Positions 58,515 through 64,000 of a DNA stretch of 64,000 bases are shown here, one piece after another; position 1 is the stretch's first letter; the number at the start of each line of letters is the position of its first letter. This stretch comes from Octopus vulgaris (taxonomy: Eukaryota). A program made the translations under genes and the position numbers. Location: assembly GCA_951406725.2 (NCBI GenBank), contig OX597814.1:195610001-195674000 (forward strand), written 5' to 3'. The notes below the pieces were generated by a model, which was not told the DNA's origin, did no database searches, and saw only the letters and a program-made list of their open reading frames with translations.

Positions 58515-60155
58515 GACGGACTTCTTTCAGTTTCCGTCTACCAAATACACTCACAAGGCTTTGGTCGACCCGAGGCTATAACAGAAGACACTTGCCAGGG
58601 TGCCACGCAGTGGGACTGAACCCGGAGCCATGTGGTTGATAAGCAAGCTACTTACCACACAGCCACTCCTGCGCCTGTATCTACATAGGCCCTAGAGAAA
58701 CTAACCAACCAGTCTGTGTTAATAAATATTAAATCTAGCAGTCACAGAGAAATGGAGATACTAATTTGCGTATCTTATGTGTTTAACACTTTATATAAGA
58801 GATCTGATATATAGGTTGAGAGATAGGTATCTTGGCGCACATTTAGTTATGGTGTAAAACAGCGCTTGTCTGAAGATGTCATAGGTGCTATAATGACAAG
58901 GAAGACATAACTTTCCCAAGAAACAAGTAAGGTCAAAGACAAGAGCAGGGAATATCATCAATTAAGCTTATGAGGAAGGAGAGAAACCGGTATCCACGAC
59001 AAGAAAGAGAAGCCTCCAATAAAATGCAAAATCATGGGATATGAAGGTGTAGATATTTAGGTTCTCCAGAGAAATCTGAGACCGGATGTTCTTTTGATGC
59101 CTATGGAAGCAAAGAAGATAAACTTATGAAGGGTGCGATTAAATCTCGAATATAAGATTGCCAAAAGCAAGAAGTTTATGCAGGATTTCAGGGACGATAA
59201 GCAAGACTCTTGCCTGTCGAAATTTGACGATAGACGAGTTTCTGTTTCTATGAAATCTAATCTATAAAATGAAGAAGGTGAACGTTGATACAAATTGGAT
59301 TTTTATGTAAAAAGAGGTCTAAATGGGGCTGGAAGAGGATTGAAATTTACAGGAGGGTGTAACTTGAGGTGAGAAATTGATTGGGAGATGTTTTGCGGCG
59401 CTACAGTGGTTGCTTTGGTGTGAAAACGGGGATTTTATAGATTTTTGGGGACACTTCGGGGTCTAGATTGGACACCTTTTGCCCGATTTCAATCAAATGT
59501 TCAACATGATAAAGTGGAAGCGAGTTTGTAATTTAAGGGCGATAGATAGATAGAGAAAGATAGAGAGTAAGAGAAAGCGAGGGAGAGTCCGAGAGAAAGG
59601 ACGAGTAAGAGAGTGGGAAAGTGAGAAAGAAAGGAGAGAGAAACAAAGAGGGAGAATGTGGCAATAAGAAACAGAACGGAAGCCATAGAAAGTAACAACC
59701 ACACCCTCTCCCGCGCGTAGAGCTGGTCACCTTAAGTTAGTATCAGATAAAGAGAGTAAGGCAATCAGTCGCAAGACTGGAGAAGCAGCAAATGGAGCCA
59801 ATTGCTGGTTTTGGAGCAAAAGAAAAATGCTAAGTTGCAAGCCAGGCAAGGCAGATGGTTTGTTATCTGCCTGTCACTGACGTGCCGCAAACGAGTAGTG
59901 TTATGATTTAGGTCAGAACTCTTAATGATCGCTGTATGCTGTTTGAGGACATAAATACTTCTTGGTAAAGAGATTAAATGAGAAGCATCTTTTCGATGTT
60001 ATACTTGTTCCTATATATATATTTGTATGTAGGTATATGAGTATGTGTATATATATTTGTGTGTGTGTTTGTATGCATATACAAACATTTATATTTATAT
60101 ATGTCTAAATATTTATATATGTCTAAATACGCACACACACACAGTGACATATCTA

Positions 60156-60236
<81 letters not shown>

Positions 60237-61253
60237 GTCCGTCCGTCCGTCCGTCCGTCCGTCCGTCCGTCCGTCCGTCTGTCTGTCTGTCTGTCTGTCC
60301 GTCCGTCCGTCCGTCCGTCCGTGTGTACATCTATATACGAGTTTGCGTAGCGAGTGCGTGTATGTGTGCGTGCGGGGATGGGGATATGCACGCGCACGCG
60401 TCTATGTTTCACGTGGAATTCAGATGACGGATATATAATTTTGAACCGATCTGAGTTCAAATTCCGCCGAGGTCGACTTTACCTTTCATCCTTTCGGGGT
60501 CGAAAAATACAGTACCAGTTTCGCACTGGAGTCGATGTAATCGACTTAATCCCTTTGTCTGTCCTTGTCTGTTCTCTCTATGTTTAGCCCCTTGTGGGCA
60601 ATAAAGAAATGTATATAATTTTGAACCGATGGTGTAACGCCATTACAGATGACATCGCTACTACAAACATTTCCATAGAATATTATACGAGTCAAAAACC
60701 AAACTTTCACCGAACAATCTACCAATAGACTTAGTTTGAAAGTCATTTTATTTCTCCTACTTCGTCTTCGTTAACAATCCCAACAGTAGCTGCATTCATA
60801 TTTATTATGCTGCTGAGGTAACGAAGAATATCACACAGCAGTTCCAATACAGAAAAGATGAGGAGAAATTTAATACATCATTTAACTAAACCCAATAAAT
60901 AACATGTTAATTAATCTATATTGAATATATTTATTTATTTTACTATTACAGTTTTATGAAATTGCATTCTCCTGCACTCAGATCCTCACTTCCTCTGTTT
61001 TAAACAAAATACTTACCTCTGTGTGTGTGTCTCCCTATCGCTATTTCATACGCATTAGTATCATTTACTCATTATTTGTCTTTTATTTCTGCTTCTCTTG
61101 CTTTGCCTTCTGTTGTTGTTCTTTGGTTAGTTTCGGCCTACTACCTTAAATTGAACGGAACATTATTTAAATCACGCGCTACGGCCATTTTTCCTGAGCT
61201 ATTTGCGATACATGAAGTGCTGTTAAAAAACAAAAAAAAGAATGATAAAATAC

Positions 61254-61327
<74 letters not shown>

Positions 61328-61377
61328 CATGCATGCACATACATTTATGCGTTTATATGCATGTGTATATATATATG

Positions 61378-61413
<36 letters not shown>

Positions 61414-61659
61414 TATATACATATATATATATACTATATATATATATTATATATATATGAAACATATATATATTATATATATGCGTATGTATGTATGTAT
61501 GCACGCACACTCCAGCGCACACGCACTTACATATTATACATAAACAGACACGCACACACACATTCACAAGCACACAAACGTATATATCGATCCTGCGTCC
61601 TTCACCCTTCTCCCCCCCCTGTTTGGAACTGTTTGTCTATCCTTGTCTCTTTGTATGCA

Positions 61660-61700
<41 letters not shown>

Positions 61701-61769
61701 GTGCATATACAAATATATATATATATATACACAGACACAAACACACACGAATATATGTATGTATATATG

Positions 61770-61822
<53 letters not shown>

Positions 61823-62828
61823 TACCGTTTGTGTTCGGACATACATATATGCACATACAAATATATACAAAAATATATTTTTACGTGCGAGAGAGGGAGA
61901 GAGACAGGAAAAGAGAGAGGAGAAAGAGAGAAGGAAAGAGAGGAGAGAATTAATGGAATTTAAGGAAGTTAGCATCAATGTTTTAAACTATTGTACCAAA
62001 CAAGAAAACGAGAATTAAAATATAAATAAGAACACCAAATGCTATGTGTAAAAGACCAGTAAACCGTCTTATTAAATTTATTGAACTATTCTGGCCGAAA
62101 GCAAATCGGCGTCACCTATACGAATAATGCAGAGCAAAACACACACACACACACAGACACACACACACACACACACAGACACACACACACACAGACACAC
62201 ACACACATACAGACACAAACAGACACACACACACAGACACATACAGACACACACACACATTAATGGAATTTAAGGAAGTTAGCATCAATGTTTTAAACTA
62301 TTGTATATATATATATATACAGACTCATATATTTATGTGTGTGTGTATATGCACATCTAATTGATATCACTCTCTCACAGACTCTTTCTTCCTCTTATCC
62401 TTCCCCCCTTTCTCTCTCAAATTCCTTCATCACTGTTTTACCCTCTTTCTCTCTTTCTGCCTCTATTCATACATGCATGCATACATGCATAGAAACATAG
62501 AAATATCCACCCACACGCACACACACACATACATACATATAATGCATATATACAAGATACAGCATATATATAGATAGGATATATATAAATATATATAATA
62601 TTTACATATGTATATATATATATATATATATACATATGTATATTTATAGTATATATATGTACATATATATGCATGCCCGCATATATATGTATCTACATAT
62701 ATGTGCAACCACGTATGCATGCTAATATATATGTAAAACAGAAATAATTATGCAGAAAAGTAGTTATATTCAGATTTACACAGCGAAAAACATACACACA
62801 CACAAATAAGATGTACATATATATGCAT

Positions 62829-62868
<40 letters not shown>

Positions 62869-62928
62869 ACGTACATATATACATATATATATATATATAT
62901 ATATTATTCGTATATATATACATATACG

Positions 62929-62964
<36 letters not shown>

Positions 62965-64000
62965 AACGCACTCATACACACACACATATATATTTATGCG
63001 TATATATGTGCGTATATATACATATAAACATATATATATATATATATATATATGTTTATATGTATATATACACACTCACAAATACATATATACATACATA
63101 CACCCACACACGTACACGCGGGTGCTCGCGCGCACACACACACGCACGCACACACACACGCACGCACACACACACGCACGCACACACACACACCAAAATG
63201 TATACACTTATGTGCATTTGTAGAAAGAGACACAAAAGAAATTACAATAGAACGGAAAGAATGCGTCTTAGAATTTGCTACTTAATTTGAAGTAGAAAGA
63301 AAAACGCGGAAAGTTAGAGAACGAAAATGAGTGAGAAAGTTTACACGTTGCAAAATGTAAAATAAATGAAGAAATAAAGAATTTCATGTTAAAATGGATA
63401 ACTCTGAAATAATGAACAAAATACAAAAAAAAAATATTCAAGAAATATAAATTGCACAAAAAGAAACTAGACTATAGCGAAGTAACAATACTTCATCAAT
63501 AAAGATTATTTGATTTCGGTTGAGAAATTTATTGGTATAGGAACATCAAATGGATATTAACTAGAAATAATGATCTTAACTTTAAATTAGTGATACGTAT
63601 TTCCTACTGGCAATGGAATCATTCCGGTTTCGAATCAGCCAACTCTATGATAAACTTATATATATTTCTTTATTGCCCACAAGGGGCTAAACATAGAGGA
63701 AACAAACAAAGACAGACAAAGGGATTAAGTCGATTACATCGAACCCCCAGTGCATAACTGGTACTTTATTTATCGACCCCGAAAGGATGAAAGGCAAAGT
63801 CGACCTCTTAAAAAGGTTGTGGCGAAAGAGTCAGCAGAAGTTCGCCGTTACCTTTTGCCGGAGCCGCGTGGAACTTAGGTGTTTCGCTCATAAACACACA
63901 CATCGCCCGGTCTGAGATTCGAACCCGCGATCCCTCGACCGCGAGTCTGCTGCTCTAACCACTTGGCCATGTGCCTCCAGTGAAAAACTTACATAATCCT

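Noticed and set aside
58690-59950. Possible decayed LINE or host coding sequence
   Set aside because: No recognisable motif or sustained reading frame by eye; needs a tblastx or HMM search.

Overview
AT-rich, microsatellite-dense eukaryotic intergenic/intronic DNA with no supportable host gene. The SINE families look like those of a coleoid cephalopod, probably Octopus (inference). The window holds a near-intact CR1-group LINE (ORF1 plus APE/RT ORF2) and 5'-truncated R4/Dong, Tx1/L1, RTE and CR1 copies. It also has two Penelope-like elements with GIY-YIG domains, a decayed Tc1, MITEs, non-autonomous Helitrons and many copies of three tRNA-derived SINE families. The main structure not visible in the ORF track is about 15 hand-foldable type I hammerhead ribozyme motifs in about 10 unrelated small repeat families, mostly inserted in or beside (TA)n tracts. 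Some have terminal direct repeats suggesting circular-RNA retrozymes, some have Penelope-like inverted ends, and one is fused to a tRNA-like Pol III head. Non-canonical cores (UUGAAAA, CCGAUGA, CUGUNGA) recur. All folds and alignments were done by eye; SINE and decayed-element boundaries are approximate.
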